Positions 30,344 through 40,030 of a stretch of 64,000 bases of DNA are shown piece by piece; positions within the stretch are counted from its first letter, which is position 1, and the number at the start of each line of letters is the position of its first letter. The notes below the pieces were generated by a model. The model saw nothing but the letters and a program-made list of their open reading frames with translations, had not been told where the DNA came from and did no database searches. The position numbers and the translations under genes are program-made. This DNA is from Candidatus Harrisonbacteria bacterium CG10_big_fil_rev_8_21_14_0_10_40_38 (lineage in GTDB: Bacteria > Patescibacteriota > Minisyncoccia > UBA6257 > 1-14-0-10-40-38): positions 154,806-218,805 of the forward strand of contig PFAZ01000001.1 in assembly GCA_002773535.1 (NCBI GenBank), written 5' to 3'.

Positions 30344-31027
30344 TTAGCTTAACTTATATTTACTCTTTTGTTCATCTCTCACAATCCTTCCATCAACAAG
30401 CGTCACCACTCTTTTTCTAACAACATCAACGATTTCCTTGTTATGCGTTGCAAGGATAACAGTTGTGCCCAGTTCGTTTATTTTTGAAATGAGACGAATA
30501 ATATCAATTGTATTTTCCTCATCGAGGTTTCCTGTCGGCTCATCCGCCAAAAGCACAGATGGTCTGTGAACCATAGCGCGCGCTATGGCAATACGCTGTT
30601 TTTCCCCACCGGAAAGTTCATGTGGAAAATTAAACTCCTTATCTTCAAGTCCAACCATATCAAGTACCTGTGGAACAATCTCTTCAATTTCAGCTTGAGG
30701 CCTACCCTTCACTTCTAGTGAGAACGCAACATTTTCATAAGCATTCTTTCGTGGCAAAAGTTTAAAATCCTGAAACACTATCCCCATCTGTCGTCTTACC
30801 TCTGGCATATCTTTTGGCAAAAGCTTGCTAAGTTCATACGAACCAAAAACAACCCTTCCCTTCGTGGGCTTCTCCTCACCAATCAAAAGTTTAATGAGTG
30901 TCGATTTTCCTGCGCCAGAACGCCCAACCAGTGAAACAAACTCACCGGGCTCAATAGAAAGATCTACATCTTGAAGCGCAGCATAGTCTTTACCATAAAC
31001 TTTGCTGACGTTGTGAAATCGTATCAT
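30344..31027 (-). CDS. ftsE: cell-division ABC transporter ATP-binding protein FtsE
   Basis: GRSGAGKSTLIKLL Walker A, LSGGEKQR signature, LLADEPTGNLD Walker B. Confidence 0.9.
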   Translation of the reverse strand: MIRFHNVSKVYGKDYAALQDVDLSIEPGEFVSLVGRSGAGKSTLIKLLIGEEKPTKGRVVFGSYELSKLLPKDMPEVRRQMGIVFQDFKLLPRKNAYENVAFSLEVKGRPQAEIEEIVPQVLDMVGLEDKEFNFPHELSGGEKQRIAIARAMVHRPSVLLADEPTGNLDEENTIDIIRLISKINELGTTVILATHNKEIVDVVRKRVVTLVDGRIVRDEQKSKYKLS

Positions 31028-31130
31028 AAGAAAAAAATGAGCTCCGACACCGCAAAAAACTTACCAAAAAACAAATTTACCGCTCGCAAAGAAGTATACC
31101 AGAATAACGGATAATGCCAACAGTGGAAAA

Positions 31131-31919
31131 TTATTGCGCAAGTTCTGCAAGTATGAACTTATCCAAATCACCATCTAAAACTTTTTCAGGGTCATGAACC
31201 TCAACTTTTGTCCGGTGATCCTTCACTTGCTTGTATGGGTGTAATACATAAGAACGAATCTGGCTTCCCCACTCCGGTTTTGCTTTTGAGCGAAGATTCG
31301 ACAGTTCCTGTTCCTGGTGTTGCTCCATTAGGTGCAAAAGTTTTGACTTTAAAAGCGCCATCGCCTTATCTCTGTTTTGTTGTTGACTTCGCTCTGCCCT
31401 CGCAGCAACAACAATACCCGTTGGTTTGTGAACGATGCGAACTGCAGTTTCAACTTTATTTACATTCTGCCCTCCGGGCCCCCCTGCGCGCGAAAAAGTT
31501 ATCTCCAAGTCTTCAGGCGGGATATCAAGTTTTTTGTGTTCAATGTCCGGCAAAACCGGCACGACCTCAACTAATGCAAAAGATGTGTGTCGAAGTTTTT
31601 TTGCTGAAAACGGAGAAATCCTTACAAGCCTATGAACTCCCATTTCTTTTTTTAAATTTCCATAAGCATACTCACCTTTTATTTCGAGCGCTCTATCATC
31701 GGTTTGAATAGCCTTCCAACCTCTTCTCTCCGCATAACGCAAATACATACGAAAAAGCATATCTGCCCAATCTTTTGCATCATCACCCCCAACACCGGGA
31801 TGAATAGAAAGATGAGCAGAAAAGGCATCGTATTTTCCCGTAAGAGGCTTTAGCGGCAAATCATTTATTTCAGTCATAAATACGAAGCTAAGCATATCAA
31901 ACCGCGCACAAATTGACAA
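31131..31919 (-). CDS. prfB: peptide chain release factor 2-type protein lacking the N-terminal domain 1
   Basis: SPF stop-codon recognition tripeptide ([11 protein letters not shown]) and GGQ ([10 protein letters not shown]). Aligns to E. coli RF2 from about residue 118 onward. The region upstream is occupied by a plus-strand gene, so there is no room for domain 1 or a frameshift site. Confidence 0.7.
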   Translation of the reverse strand: MSICARFDMLSFVFMTEINDLPLKPLTGKYDAFSAHLSIHPGVGGDDAKDWADMLFRMYLRYAERRGWKAIQTDDRALEIKGEYAYGNLKKEMGVHRLVRISPFSAKKLRHTSFALVEVVPVLPDIEHKKLDIPPEDLEITFSRAGGPGGQNVNKVETAVRIVHKPTGIVVAARAERSQQQNRDKAMALLKSKLLHLMEQHQEQELSNLRSKAKPEWGSQIRSYVLHPYKQVKDHRTKVEVHDPEKVLDGDLDKFILAELAQ

Positions 31920-31978
31920 ATATAAAAATAAATTTTACTCTTTTAAAACCAGCTCATTCCAAAACGAGGAATCAAAAG

Positions 31979-32440
31979 ATGGCAAACAAAAACAGAATCC
32001 CTCCAATGCCCATCGACCTGAACTCTGAAAATGTCGTAAACGCTGTACCAAAAGCAGGCACCATGCTTTACTTCAACATCAGCGATAAACCCAAGAAAGA
32101 AGGATATTGCAGAGTCGAACTTGTAATTAAAAATGGCGAAAAGAAAATCATTACATCCTTCGAAGACATGGAGTTAAATCGCGAAGATAGCAATGCAGCA
32201 GAAAAAGAAGCAATAAAATTTGAAGGCGAGCGCGAGCCAAATCCGCAATTTATTATTGAATGCACGTACAGAATAATTGCAAATTATCTTGCCAGAGACT
32301 CAACAGTATCAATCATGAGAGATACTCAAACAAGAACTCTCGACATCAATATAATCACCGCAGGAGCAAGATACGTTTCCCTGCGATCCATCCCATGGAT
32401 CAATGTTCTGGATTTCTTCGACGAAAAAAAAGATGAGTAG
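31979..32440 (+). CDS. hypothetical protein
   Basis: ATG at 31979 is preceded by a GAGGA SD; 153 aa. Confidence 0.4.
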   Translation: MANKNRIPPMPIDLNSENVVNAVPKAGTMLYFNISDKPKKEGYCRVELVIKNGEKKIITSFEDMELNREDSNAAEKEAIKFEGEREPNPQFIIECTYRIIANYLARDSTVSIMRDTQTRTLDINIITAGARYVSLRSIPWINVLDFFDEKKDE

Positions 32441-32467
32441 GTTCAAAAACCGAAAAAAGCCCCTGTC

Positions 32468-32492
32468 CGCAAAACAGGGGCATTAAATTTTT
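32468..32492. terminator. bidirectional intrinsic terminator
   Basis: GCCCCTGTccgcaaaACAGGGGC hairpin flanked by A-run upstream and T-run downstream, between convergent genes. Confidence 0.5.
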
Positions 32493-33248
32493 TTATAGAT
32501 AATCAAGCAACCTGTCGTAATCCAAAAACTCAAATATTTTATAAAAGAAAGTTATCCAAAGACCAAAACCATCAGTAACTAAAAGAATCCCAAGGAAAAT
32601 CAAAAACACTCCACCAACCACAGAAATAACATTTAGATATTTAGTTATTTTTGAAATATAAAACGAAGCCGAACCAATAAGTAAAGCTATTACAAGAAAC
32701 GGTAAAGCGAGACCCAAAGAAAAAACTCCTAAAAGAAACCCTCCTTTAAAAACCGTTGCAGAAGCCGCCGCCAGTGTTAAAATCGATCCCAAAATCGGGC
32801 CGACACATGGAGTCCATCCAAAACCAAAAGTTGCTCCAAAAATCAAAGAACTCACAGGATTTCCCGGTTTCAAAAATTTCACACCACCTATACGTTTTTC
32901 AACATTTAAAAATGGCAGTTTAAAAATCCCAATCATAAATAATCCAAAAAATATCACAAATATCCCCCCTATTCGAGATAGCCAAAGTCGATATTTTATA
33001 AGAACAGCCCCACCAAGACCAAAAAGACTTCCAAGTAATATAAAAACAAAGCTAAATCCAATAACAAACAAAAGTCCGTTCAAAAACACTTTTTTTCTAG
33101 AAGATTTTGATTTGTCGGGATCTCGCAAATCTTGCGATGAAACACCGCTTACAAAACCCAAATAACCGGGCACAAGTGGAAGCGTGCACGGAGCGAGAAA
33201 AGTCAAAAGTCCTGCAATGAACGCAGGAACAACAAGCGCGAGATCCAT
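32493..33248 (-). CDS. ccdA: cytochrome c biogenesis/thiol-disulfide transporter CcdA (DsbD family)
   Basis: LAPCTLPLVPGY motif and the six-TM DsbD core. Confidence 0.7.
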   Translation of the reverse strand: MDLALVVPAFIAGLLTFLAPCTLPLVPGYLGFVSGVSSQDLRDPDKSKSSRKKVFLNGLLFVIGFSFVFILLGSLFGLGGAVLIKYRLWLSRIGGIFVIFFGLFMIGIFKLPFLNVEKRIGGVKFLKPGNPVSSLIFGATFGFGWTPCVGPILGSILTLAAASATVFKGGFLLGVFSLGLALPFLVIALLIGSASFYISKITKYLNVISVVGGVFLIFLGILLVTDGFGLWITFFYKIFEFLDYDRLLDYL

Positions 33249-33274
33249 AACCTAATTATAACAAATTATTTAAG

Positions 33275-33346
33275 AGCCAGCGGTGGGAATTGAACCCACG
33301 ACCTTTGCTTTACGAAAGCACTGCTCTGCCTCTGAGCTACGCTGGC
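33275..33346 (-). tRNA. tRNA-Thr (anticodon CGT)
   Basis: GCCAGCG acceptor / CGCTGGC + T discriminator; D arm GCTC-AGAGGCA-GAGC; anticodon loop TTCGTAA; T arm GTGGG-TTCAATT-CCCAC. Confidence 0.75.
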
Positions 33347-33587
33347 AAAATTTATCAAACCCTTGCTTGAAACCTGTCCGCCTTTGGCGAAAAAGCACTG
33401 CTCTGACTCCGCCAGTTGGCGGATGGCGAAGGTAGGGAGTTAAACGGGTGACAAGCCAACACTTTTACATTTTACTCGCCAGAAGCGATTGTACAAAAAT
33501 AACAAGAAAACCGCAATTACAAAAAACGAAATCCCCCGCCTGGTAAAACCAAAACGGGGGTTGGTAGAGAAGGAAGATGGGCGCGTG

Positions 33588-33758
33588 CTAACGAATCCCC
33601 AATTCCGCCAGTCGCGCACGAGCAGCCAAACCTTGACTCCTCACGAGAGACTCGGCATGCCACCTGTCGTAAGATTCGCTAGAAGTGAGAGTTTTTTCCT
33701 CGACTTTCTCTTCTTTGTTTTCTTTCTTTTCTTCTTTCTTTTTTGGATCAGCCGCCAT
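33588..33758 (-). CDS. small Lys/Glu-rich protein (tentative)
   Basis: ATG preceded by a GGAGGGCGAGAG SD; MAADPKKKEEKKENKEEKVEEK...; the 3' half is GC-rich. Confidence 0.3.
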   Translation of the reverse strand: MAADPKKKEEKKENKEEKVEEKTLTSSESYDRWHAESLVRSQGLAARARLAELGIR

Positions 33759-33864
33759 CTCTCGCCCTCCAAAAAAAACACTATCAAGAACTACCAATAT
33801 ACTATCACAATAAAACCCCATTTGTCAATATATCAAAACCCTCGCAAAATAAGGCGAAAAAACA

Positions 33865-34794
33865 CTAAACTCCACATCCGCTTCCACTTTTTTGTGTTGG
33901 AGAAGAAACCTGGCTCACAATATTGCGATATCCCGAACCGCTTGAATATCCTGAGTCAAGAATCGCTCTTGGATCCGCATCCTTCCATGCGATACCCTTC
34001 GAATCGAGATAAGTCGCGATTGTTGTATATGCATCCGGAAACCAGTACGAATTAACCCTAAGCGCAATTTTATACATCTCATCTTCAGAAAGGCCCTGCG
34101 AAGCCATAAGCTCAAGAAGTCCAAGCATAGCCATGCCATGATTACAATCCGGAAAGTGAGTTGGGTTATTACAACACGGACGGAAAATATGTTTACTCAT
34201 TTCCTCAACCATTCCCTGTTCATCTGCAGTAAGAGAAATAAGACGATGCATACTATAGTGATCCATGACATTACCACGCGCAAGAGTCCAACCCCCTGTA
34301 GAAGCAAAGTTTTCAGCCCCTCCATATTGCGGGTCAACCATCGGGCCTGAATCAAGAATTTCGTTTTTTGTCGCAAGTCCCAAAGCCCAGAAAAGATTTA
34401 AAAGAAAACCGGAATTTAAAGAATTCATGGCTATAGAGTCGTTATTCGGGTTATTGATCAGATCCCACTCCCTGTCAGTGATACCACCTCTTCTTTCGTA
34501 TAAAGCGGAAAACTTTTCCTTGTCAATAACACCAAGTTCAGTAAGACGCACTCCAAGATCTCCCCACTCAACAGGAAGTATAAAATCTTTTGCTGGTATA
34601 ACAGCGTCTTCAATTAATTCCGCTTTTGAAATTTCGGAATTGCCAACTTTATCTGTTGCGACCGAATTACGCTCATTTATATATATGAACGTCCCGGCAA
34701 TAATCATCGAAGAAATAATTATGCTACGCGAAAATAATCGAAAAGCGCTTTCCCGAGATAAATTTGATTCTTGCATATATTTATTTTTCATCAC
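33865..34794 (-). CDS. membrane-anchored secreted protein with CC...C...C cluster
   Basis: N-terminal TM anchor; PCCNNPTHFPDCNHG and a C-terminal GSGCGV; no family assigned. Confidence 0.5.
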   Translation of the reverse strand: MMKNKYMQESNLSRESAFRLFSRSIIISSMIIAGTFIYINERNSVATDKVGNSEISKAELIEDAVIPAKDFILPVEWGDLGVRLTELGVIDKEKFSALYERRGGITDREWDLINNPNNDSIAMNSLNSGFLLNLFWALGLATKNEILDSGPMVDPQYGGAENFASTGGWTLARGNVMDHYSMHRLISLTADEQGMVEEMSKHIFRPCCNNPTHFPDCNHGMAMLGLLELMASQGLSEDEMYKIALRVNSYWFPDAYTTIATYLDSKGIAWKDADPRAILDSGYSSGSGYRNIVSQVSSPTQKSGSGCGV

Positions 34795-35317
34795 AACAAT
34801 CGACGAGTTTACTAATTAAGTCTTCAAAATCCCAAGGGTTTTTATTATTTACATCACCAGCCTTAGAGTCATCAATATGAGGAATAGAGACGAGTTTCAG
34901 ACGTACCGCCCAAAAAAGTGAATATGTGCGATAAGCACGATCAAACATATTTTTAGCTTTTTCTTTCAATCCATCAGACTGCAATTTTGTTCCAACCTCA
35001 ATAAGTCTCATCGTCGCCGCAAGAAGATGTTTGGAAATACACCACGTCTCTCCTTCATGAGCGCTGATCATTGTACCAAGAAGATCCTTTCTCAAAGACC
35101 TTACCTCATTTAGCAAGTCAAAGTATTCCGGCTTATGTGTTTTTACACCCGTAAAAAAGAAGTGTTCCTCAAGACTGATAAGGTTCATAACAGCGAGGCT
35201 CAAGTCTTCCTCAGTAGAAAGATCAACCCCACTATTTTTTTGAGCCTCTTTAACATTCTCAAGCAGTTTCTTAAATCGCTCATCATGTACATGAGCAGAA
35301 GAATTTTTTGTTGTCAT
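34781..35317 (-). CDS. hypothetical protein (ends ...VDCCDEK), overlaps downstream gene by 14 bp
   Basis: 178-aa helical protein; translationally coupled to the 33865 gene. Confidence 0.45.
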   Translation of the reverse strand: MTTKNSSAHVHDERFKKLLENVKEAQKNSGVDLSTEEDLSLAVMNLISLEEHFFFTGVKTHKPEYFDLLNEVRSLRKDLLGTMISAHEGETWCISKHLLAATMRLIEVGTKLQSDGLKEKAKNMFDRAYRTYSLFWAVRLKLVSIPHIDDSKAGDVNNKNPWDFEDLISKLVDCCDEK

Positions 35318-35323
35318 TTTAGT

Positions 35324-36106
35324 TTAAAAGAGAAAAATAATAATTCCGAGCAAAACCATTGCAAGACCACTCCATAGTTTCATAGCCAAAGTATTGCTCT
35401 TTTTCCAAGTTTGGATTCGTTCAACAAACTTTGCATTACTGGCAATCAGCAAAATAATAACTAGCGGCAAAACAAAAATCGCATTATACAGAAACAGATA
35501 CCCTAAACCCACGGTATATGTAGTGCTGTCATGAAGCAGACCCAAAACCATCAAGTATGGCCCTCCTGTACAGGGAAATTCGCACAGACCAACAAGTAAA
35601 CCTAAAAGAAACGCGGTTGGTATAGAAGCGTGCTCCATAAGACGCGCCATTGCTGAATGCGCCGCATGAGGAATGCGAAACCTAATAGGAAAAGATGGAA
35701 AAACTCCTGCAAGAAAATTAAACATTCCAAGAACAACCAAAAGCAAAGCTCCCACCTTGGCCATAAAATGTGGTGTATTAAAGAAATGAAGAGCGTGAAC
35801 AATCCCAAGCCCAATCAAAAAATACACAACAAAAAGACCTAAAATATACACGGCTCCGATTTTCAGAATGCCAGAACGCATTTTTCCGAGCGAAAGTAGA
35901 AAAGCGATAGTTAGAAGAAGAATTCCAAATGCGCAAGGATTAATGCTGTCTATAAGAGCGGCGATACTAACAAGTGGCAAAAGCCACGTTCCACCACGAC
36001 TAACATCCCAGATAAACGCTGAACTGGATGGCACAGATTTTAGAACTATAACCGATCCAAAAATAAAAACTCCAACAATAATCGAGATAAGTAATGTTTT
36101 ATTCAT
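35324..36106 (-). CDS. DsbD/CcdA-like polytopic membrane thiol-disulfide protein
   Basis: INPCAFG and CEFPCTGGP Cys motifs within TM helices; about seven TMs. Confidence 0.5.
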   Translation of the reverse strand: MNKTLLISIIVGVFIFGSVIVLKSVPSSSAFIWDVSRGGTWLLPLVSIAALIDSINPCAFGILLLTIAFLLSLGKMRSGILKIGAVYILGLFVVYFLIGLGIVHALHFFNTPHFMAKVGALLLVVLGMFNFLAGVFPSFPIRFRIPHAAHSAMARLMEHASIPTAFLLGLLVGLCEFPCTGGPYLMVLGLLHDSTTYTVGLGYLFLYNAIFVLPLVIILLIASNAKFVERIQTWKKSNTLAMKLWSGLAMVLLGIIIFLF

Positions 36107-36111
36107 ACAAA

Positions 36112-36609
36112 TTAGGGCGTAACTATTGCATGAAATTTAAGTTCAACAGGGTTATTCGCATCATTCTCAATCGTCACAACCCTGTTTACCTGCCCGACAC
36201 CAGCAGGACCATGGGCAGCAGGATCAAAGACAACATCAACTATCGCTTCATCACCTAAATCAAGAGTTTGATCTACTCGGGGAATTATCCCGTGACCACG
36301 CATTCCAAAAGGACCAAATCTCTCACCAGCAATCTGAAGAGTCGCAGAAGTGCACATACACGATGTATAAAACTTTCTAATAACAACAGGCGAAGCTCCA
36401 ACATTTTTTAACACGAATTTATGCGACACCACACCACTACTCATTGATATCGTGCCAAAATCAAAGTAATTAGAATCAACAACCGTAAGAGAACCAGTGC
36501 CATTTTGAGATGAGCCAGACGACACTCCGCTCACATCACCGCCGGCAAGCAAAAGAACAATTCCCAACGCCGCAGCGCCAAGAAAAATTCCTATAATATT
36601 TTTTTGCAT
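36112..36609 (-). CDS. DUF1573-family secreted protein
   Basis: Signal peptide; the TSCMCT motif within a beta-rich ~120-aa domain is typical of DUF1573. Confidence 0.6.
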   Translation of the reverse strand: MQKNIIGIFLGAAALGIVLLLAGGDVSGVSSGSSQNGTGSLTVVDSNYFDFGTISMSSGVVSHKFVLKNVGASPVVIRKFYTSCMCTSATLQIAGERFGPFGMRGHGIIPRVDQTLDLGDEAIVDVVFDPAAHGPAGVGQVNRVVTIENDANNPVELKFHAIVTP

Positions 36610-36723
36610 TTTTTAGATAAATAAAGATAAAAAGTCCCCAAAAAAAGGAGAAGAAATACTCGCGCGTAAAAAATGATTTCGATCGACTTATCCGCTAAAA
36701 AAGCGAAAAAAAGGAAACCGGAT

Positions 36724-37122
36724 TTAGGCGCGTAAAAAATACGGCGGACTGGTTTTATAAAAAGAGAGCCACAAAATAAAATCACAAAAGAAAACTATAA
36801 TACTCGAAAATACAATTCGTAAAAAATAAAAAGCTTTTGCGGAAAAAAACAAAATAATAAACCAAAGCAAAAAAGAAAGAGTTAGCAAAACAGATAAATT
36901 TATAAAAATTAGAAAAGGCTGCACCAATAAAATCTGCGCGAAACTTTTAAATACTCCTAAATGAAATTTAAGATAACTAAAAACATTTCCCTCGGGACAA
37001 TCAACTCCATTCATAGACGCTGCAATGCAATCACTATGATTCATGACACCATGAAAAAAAGGAGAGAATGTAGACAAAAAGATAAAGCTATAAAAAAGTA
37101 AAATTGATAAAAAATATTTCAT
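36724..37122 (-). CDS. small membrane protein with Cys/His/Met cluster (tentative)
   Basis: HGVMNHSDCIAASMNGVDCPEGN between TM helices; immediately downstream of the Cu-ATPase; AT-rich, so coding status is uncertain. Confidence 0.3.
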   Translation of the reverse strand: MKYFLSILLFYSFIFLSTFSPFFHGVMNHSDCIAASMNGVDCPEGNVFSYLKFHLGVFKSFAQILLVQPFLIFINLSVLLTLSFLLWFIILFFSAKAFYFLRIVFSSIIVFFCDFILWLSFYKTSPPYFLRA

Positions 37123-37126
37123 AAAA

Positions 37127-39160
37127 CTAATATGTTAGTTCAACTCGTTTCAATAAAAGCGCATTAAAAACAACGATCGCGGTAGACACACTCATAAGCA
37201 ACGCCCCAATTTCCGGACGCAAAAAGAAACCAAAAGAGGCAAACACTCCTGCAGCGGCGGGGATCGCGACCACATTATATCCAAGCGCCCAGAAAAGATT
37301 TTCGATCATCTTCTGATACACCCGTCTTGCAAGCACAACCAGACGCACAACATCTTGCGGATTGTTTCGCATAAGAACAACATCCCCCGCTTCGACAGCG
37401 ACATCCGTACCCGCGCCAATAGCTATACCAACATCAGCTTGCGTAAGAGCAGGCGCATCATTGATACCATCTCCAACCATCAGAACCACATGGCCTTTAC
37501 CCTGAAGCGATTTTACATGAGAATATTTTTCTTCCGGCAAAACATGCGAAAAATAAGTATCGATACCAAGTTCATTCGACACGTTTTTTGCCACAATCTC
37601 GTTATCCCCCGTAAGCAAAGCAACTTTTACACCAAGCGAATGCAAAGCTGTAACCGCTTCATAAGATTCGGCTTTTATAGTATCAGCAAGGGCAATAACT
37701 CCTATTATCTTTTTCTTATCAGAAACAAATACAACCGTATGACCTTTTGATGAAAAAGCATTTGCCTGCTGCATAGCTTCATCAGTCGAAATTCCCAAAT
37801 CACTCATAAGAGAAGAATTTCCAACAGAATATTTTGAACCTAAAATATTTCCCCAAATTCCCTTTCCGGAAAAATTATGAAATTCATCAACGTCATCAAT
37901 ATTTATACCCTTATCCTTTGCATGCCTCGCGATAGACTGCGCAATAACGTGCGAGGAATTGGTTTCAAGCGAAGCCGCGATACGCAATATATCTTCACCA
38001 TTAACTTCATCGCCAAATGACACAACACCCGAAACACCAAATTCCCCCTTCGTCAGAGTTCCTGTTTTATCAAACACAACATAATCAGCTTTTTTTATCA
38101 CTTCAAGTTTTGCAAGATTTTTTATAAAAAGTCCGTTCTTTACCGCAAGAGATGTCGCAATCGTGGTAACAGTAGGTATCGCAAGGCCGAGGGCATGCGG
38201 ACACGCTATCACAAGCACCGTTATAGCAAGAGTCAGCGCAAATACAAAAGGCTTCCCAATGACAAACAACCATATAACAATAGTCAGCAATGAAACCCCC
38301 AGAGCGGTAAAAGTGAGAACACGCGAAGCTTTATCAGCTAGTTTTTGTGATCTCGGTTTTGTAGCCTGCGCTTTTGCGATTAGCGTCTGAATTTGACCCA
38401 CGGTTGAATGCTCACCAACTTTAGTAAGTTGTATCGTAAGTGATCCATCTAAAACAGACGATCCCGCAGTAGCGCTGTCCCCTGCATTTTTTGAAATAGG
38501 CGTTGACTCCCCACTTATGAGAGACTCATCAACGCTTGAAGTTCCTTTCAGAACAACACCATCGGCAGGTATCTTTTCCCCCGATTTTACCAAAACAACG
38601 TCCCCCTCTCTTAGTTCAGAAACAGAAACATCCTCCGTCACATTTCCCGAGATTCTATGTGCAGCTTTAGGTAAAAGTCTTGCCACCTCGGAAAGAGAAT
38701 TCCCCGCCGCCACGCTGGATTTTGCCTCCAAATAATGTCCAAAAAGTAGCACCCAAATAAGAGTTCCTATCTCAAGATAAAACACAACACCGAGAGCGGG
38801 AATAAGTGTAGAAGCAACTGAAAATAAAAACCCAGACCCAACAGCAAGCGACACAAGCGTCATCATGCCAAACGATCGCATCATTATTTCATGTCTTGCA
38901 TGCTTAAAGAAGACAAGAGAAAACCAAAAAATAACTGTTGCAATAGCAAGCTGAATCCATTTATTTAAACTTAAAACCGGTACACCCAAAAAATCCGCAA
39001 AACCTTGTTTAGCAAGAACCAAGGGAATGAGAAGTAAGGTTACTATCCAAAACCTACGCAAAAAATCACTCGCCGAGCCATGAGATATAGCACCGGCATA
39101 TGACACATTAGCATGCGACATTGCATGAGCATGTGACGAATTATGATGCATATGCTCCAT
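37127..39160 (-). CDS. copB: heavy-metal P1B-type ATPase, CopB-like (His-rich N-terminus, CPH motif)
   Basis: N-terminal MEHMHHNSSHAHAMSHA; TM CPHALGL; DKTGTLT; GDGINDAP. Confidence 0.85.
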   Translation of the reverse strand: MEHMHHNSSHAHAMSHANVSYAGAISHGSASDFLRRFWIVTLLLIPLVLAKQGFADFLGVPVLSLNKWIQLAIATVIFWFSLVFFKHARHEIMMRSFGMMTLVSLAVGSGFLFSVASTLIPALGVVFYLEIGTLIWVLLFGHYLEAKSSVAAGNSLSEVARLLPKAAHRISGNVTEDVSVSELREGDVVLVKSGEKIPADGVVLKGTSSVDESLISGESTPISKNAGDSATAGSSVLDGSLTIQLTKVGEHSTVGQIQTLIAKAQATKPRSQKLADKASRVLTFTALGVSLLTIVIWLFVIGKPFVFALTLAITVLVIACPHALGLAIPTVTTIATSLAVKNGLFIKNLAKLEVIKKADYVVFDKTGTLTKGEFGVSGVVSFGDEVNGEDILRIAASLETNSSHVIAQSIARHAKDKGINIDDVDEFHNFSGKGIWGNILGSKYSVGNSSLMSDLGISTDEAMQQANAFSSKGHTVVFVSDKKKIIGVIALADTIKAESYEAVTALHSLGVKVALLTGDNEIVAKNVSNELGIDTYFSHVLPEEKYSHVKSLQGKGHVVLMVGDGINDAPALTQADVGIAIGAGTDVAVEAGDVVLMRNNPQDVVRLVVLARRVYQKMIENLFWALGYNVVAIPAAAGVFASFGFFLRPEIGALLMSVSTAIVVFNALLLKRVELTY

Positions 39161-39163
39161 AAA

Positions 39164-39631
39164 CTATTTTTTTAGTAGAAACTTAACTAACGCAAAAATC
39201 GACAGGATAAGAAATATCCATACAAGCCCAAACGTAACCGTAAAATAGGCTGAATTCCACCCAGAATTGGCATAATTACCCATGCCATAAGGCGACATCA
39301 TAGACATCATCGGCATTGTATAAGGAGTGCCGGAATAACCGGACCAGCATCCAAGATATGATCGCCCCATATTGATATGCGCCAACCTTAGGCTTTCAGA
39401 CCCCTCACCACCCATCATATTATCCATTGCCTCATGTTGATCCTCATCAGGAATCATAACCCTCATATAAGCATCACCTAAAAACTCAAACTGATCATCG
39501 GTAACCTTCTTACAATCAACATCATCGAGGCTTGAAATGTTCTGAAAAGCGTAAATAGATTCTAAAGCTTCATTTAATTCAGCGCTTTGAACATTTCCAA
39601 TATAACTATTATATCCACCCATCATGCCCAT
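39164..39631 (-). CDS. Met-rich membrane-anchored protein, putative Cu(I)-binding
   Basis: MGMMGGY...MDNMMGGEG...YTMPMMSMMSPYGMG plus a C-terminal TM; position between csoR and copB. Confidence 0.5.
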   Translation of the reverse strand: MGMMGGYNSYIGNVQSAELNEALESIYAFQNISSLDDVDCKKVTDDQFEFLGDAYMRVMIPDEDQHEAMDNMMGGEGSESLRLAHINMGRSYLGCWSGYSGTPYTMPMMSMMSPYGMGNYANSGWNSAYFTVTFGLVWIFLILSIFALVKFLLKK

Positions 39632-39701
39632 CTGAGCAAATGCCGTACCTGAAAAGAAAAATAAACCAACGACAAACAGTGAAAAAAATATCTTTTTTAT
39701 A

Positions 39702-39974
39702 TTATTTATTAGATAAATTATAAACCTTTATAAGTTCCTTAACCGCCTTTTCATTTTCCTTTTTATTTGTCATCTGCTCAGCAACATGAGTACGCAAATG
39801 ATTTTCTAAAAGAAATGAATCAAGGCTTTTAAGCGACCTTTGAATCGAACGGGATTGTTCAAGTAATTCCGGGCAATAAACTTCATTTTCTATCGATTTA
39901 ATAAGTCCATCTATCTGACCCTTAAGTATTTTAGCTCTATGCAGAGCCCTTTTTTTAAGTAATTGATCTACCAT
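39702..39974 (-). CDS. csoR: CsoR/RcnR-family metal-sensing repressor
   Basis: C-terminal 90 aa match the DUF156 helical bundle (ALHRAKILKGQIDGL...YCPELLEQSRSIQRSL). Start moved to the internal ATG at 39974 because the ORF-track N-terminus is read through tRNA-Gly. Confidence 0.7.
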   Translation of the reverse strand: MVDQLLKKRALHRAKILKGQIDGLIKSIENEVYCPELLEQSRSIQRSLKSLDSFLLENHLRTHVAEQMTNKKENEKAVKELIKVYNLSNK

Positions 39975-40030
39975 ACATAAATAGCATATACCCCTATACC
40001 CTATTTGACAATATAAACATGTGGATAATC

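Noticed and set aside
31919-32300. Search for the RF2 +1 programmed frameshift site (CTT TGA C) and an upstream N-terminal exon
   Set aside because: No such motif or open frame on the minus strand upstream. The region is occupied by a plus-strand gene with its own SD.
33489-34055. 188-aa plus-strand ORF
   Set aside because: It spans the K/E-rich small gene and then the antisense of the 33865-34794 gene. The composition is junk-like and no SD is present.
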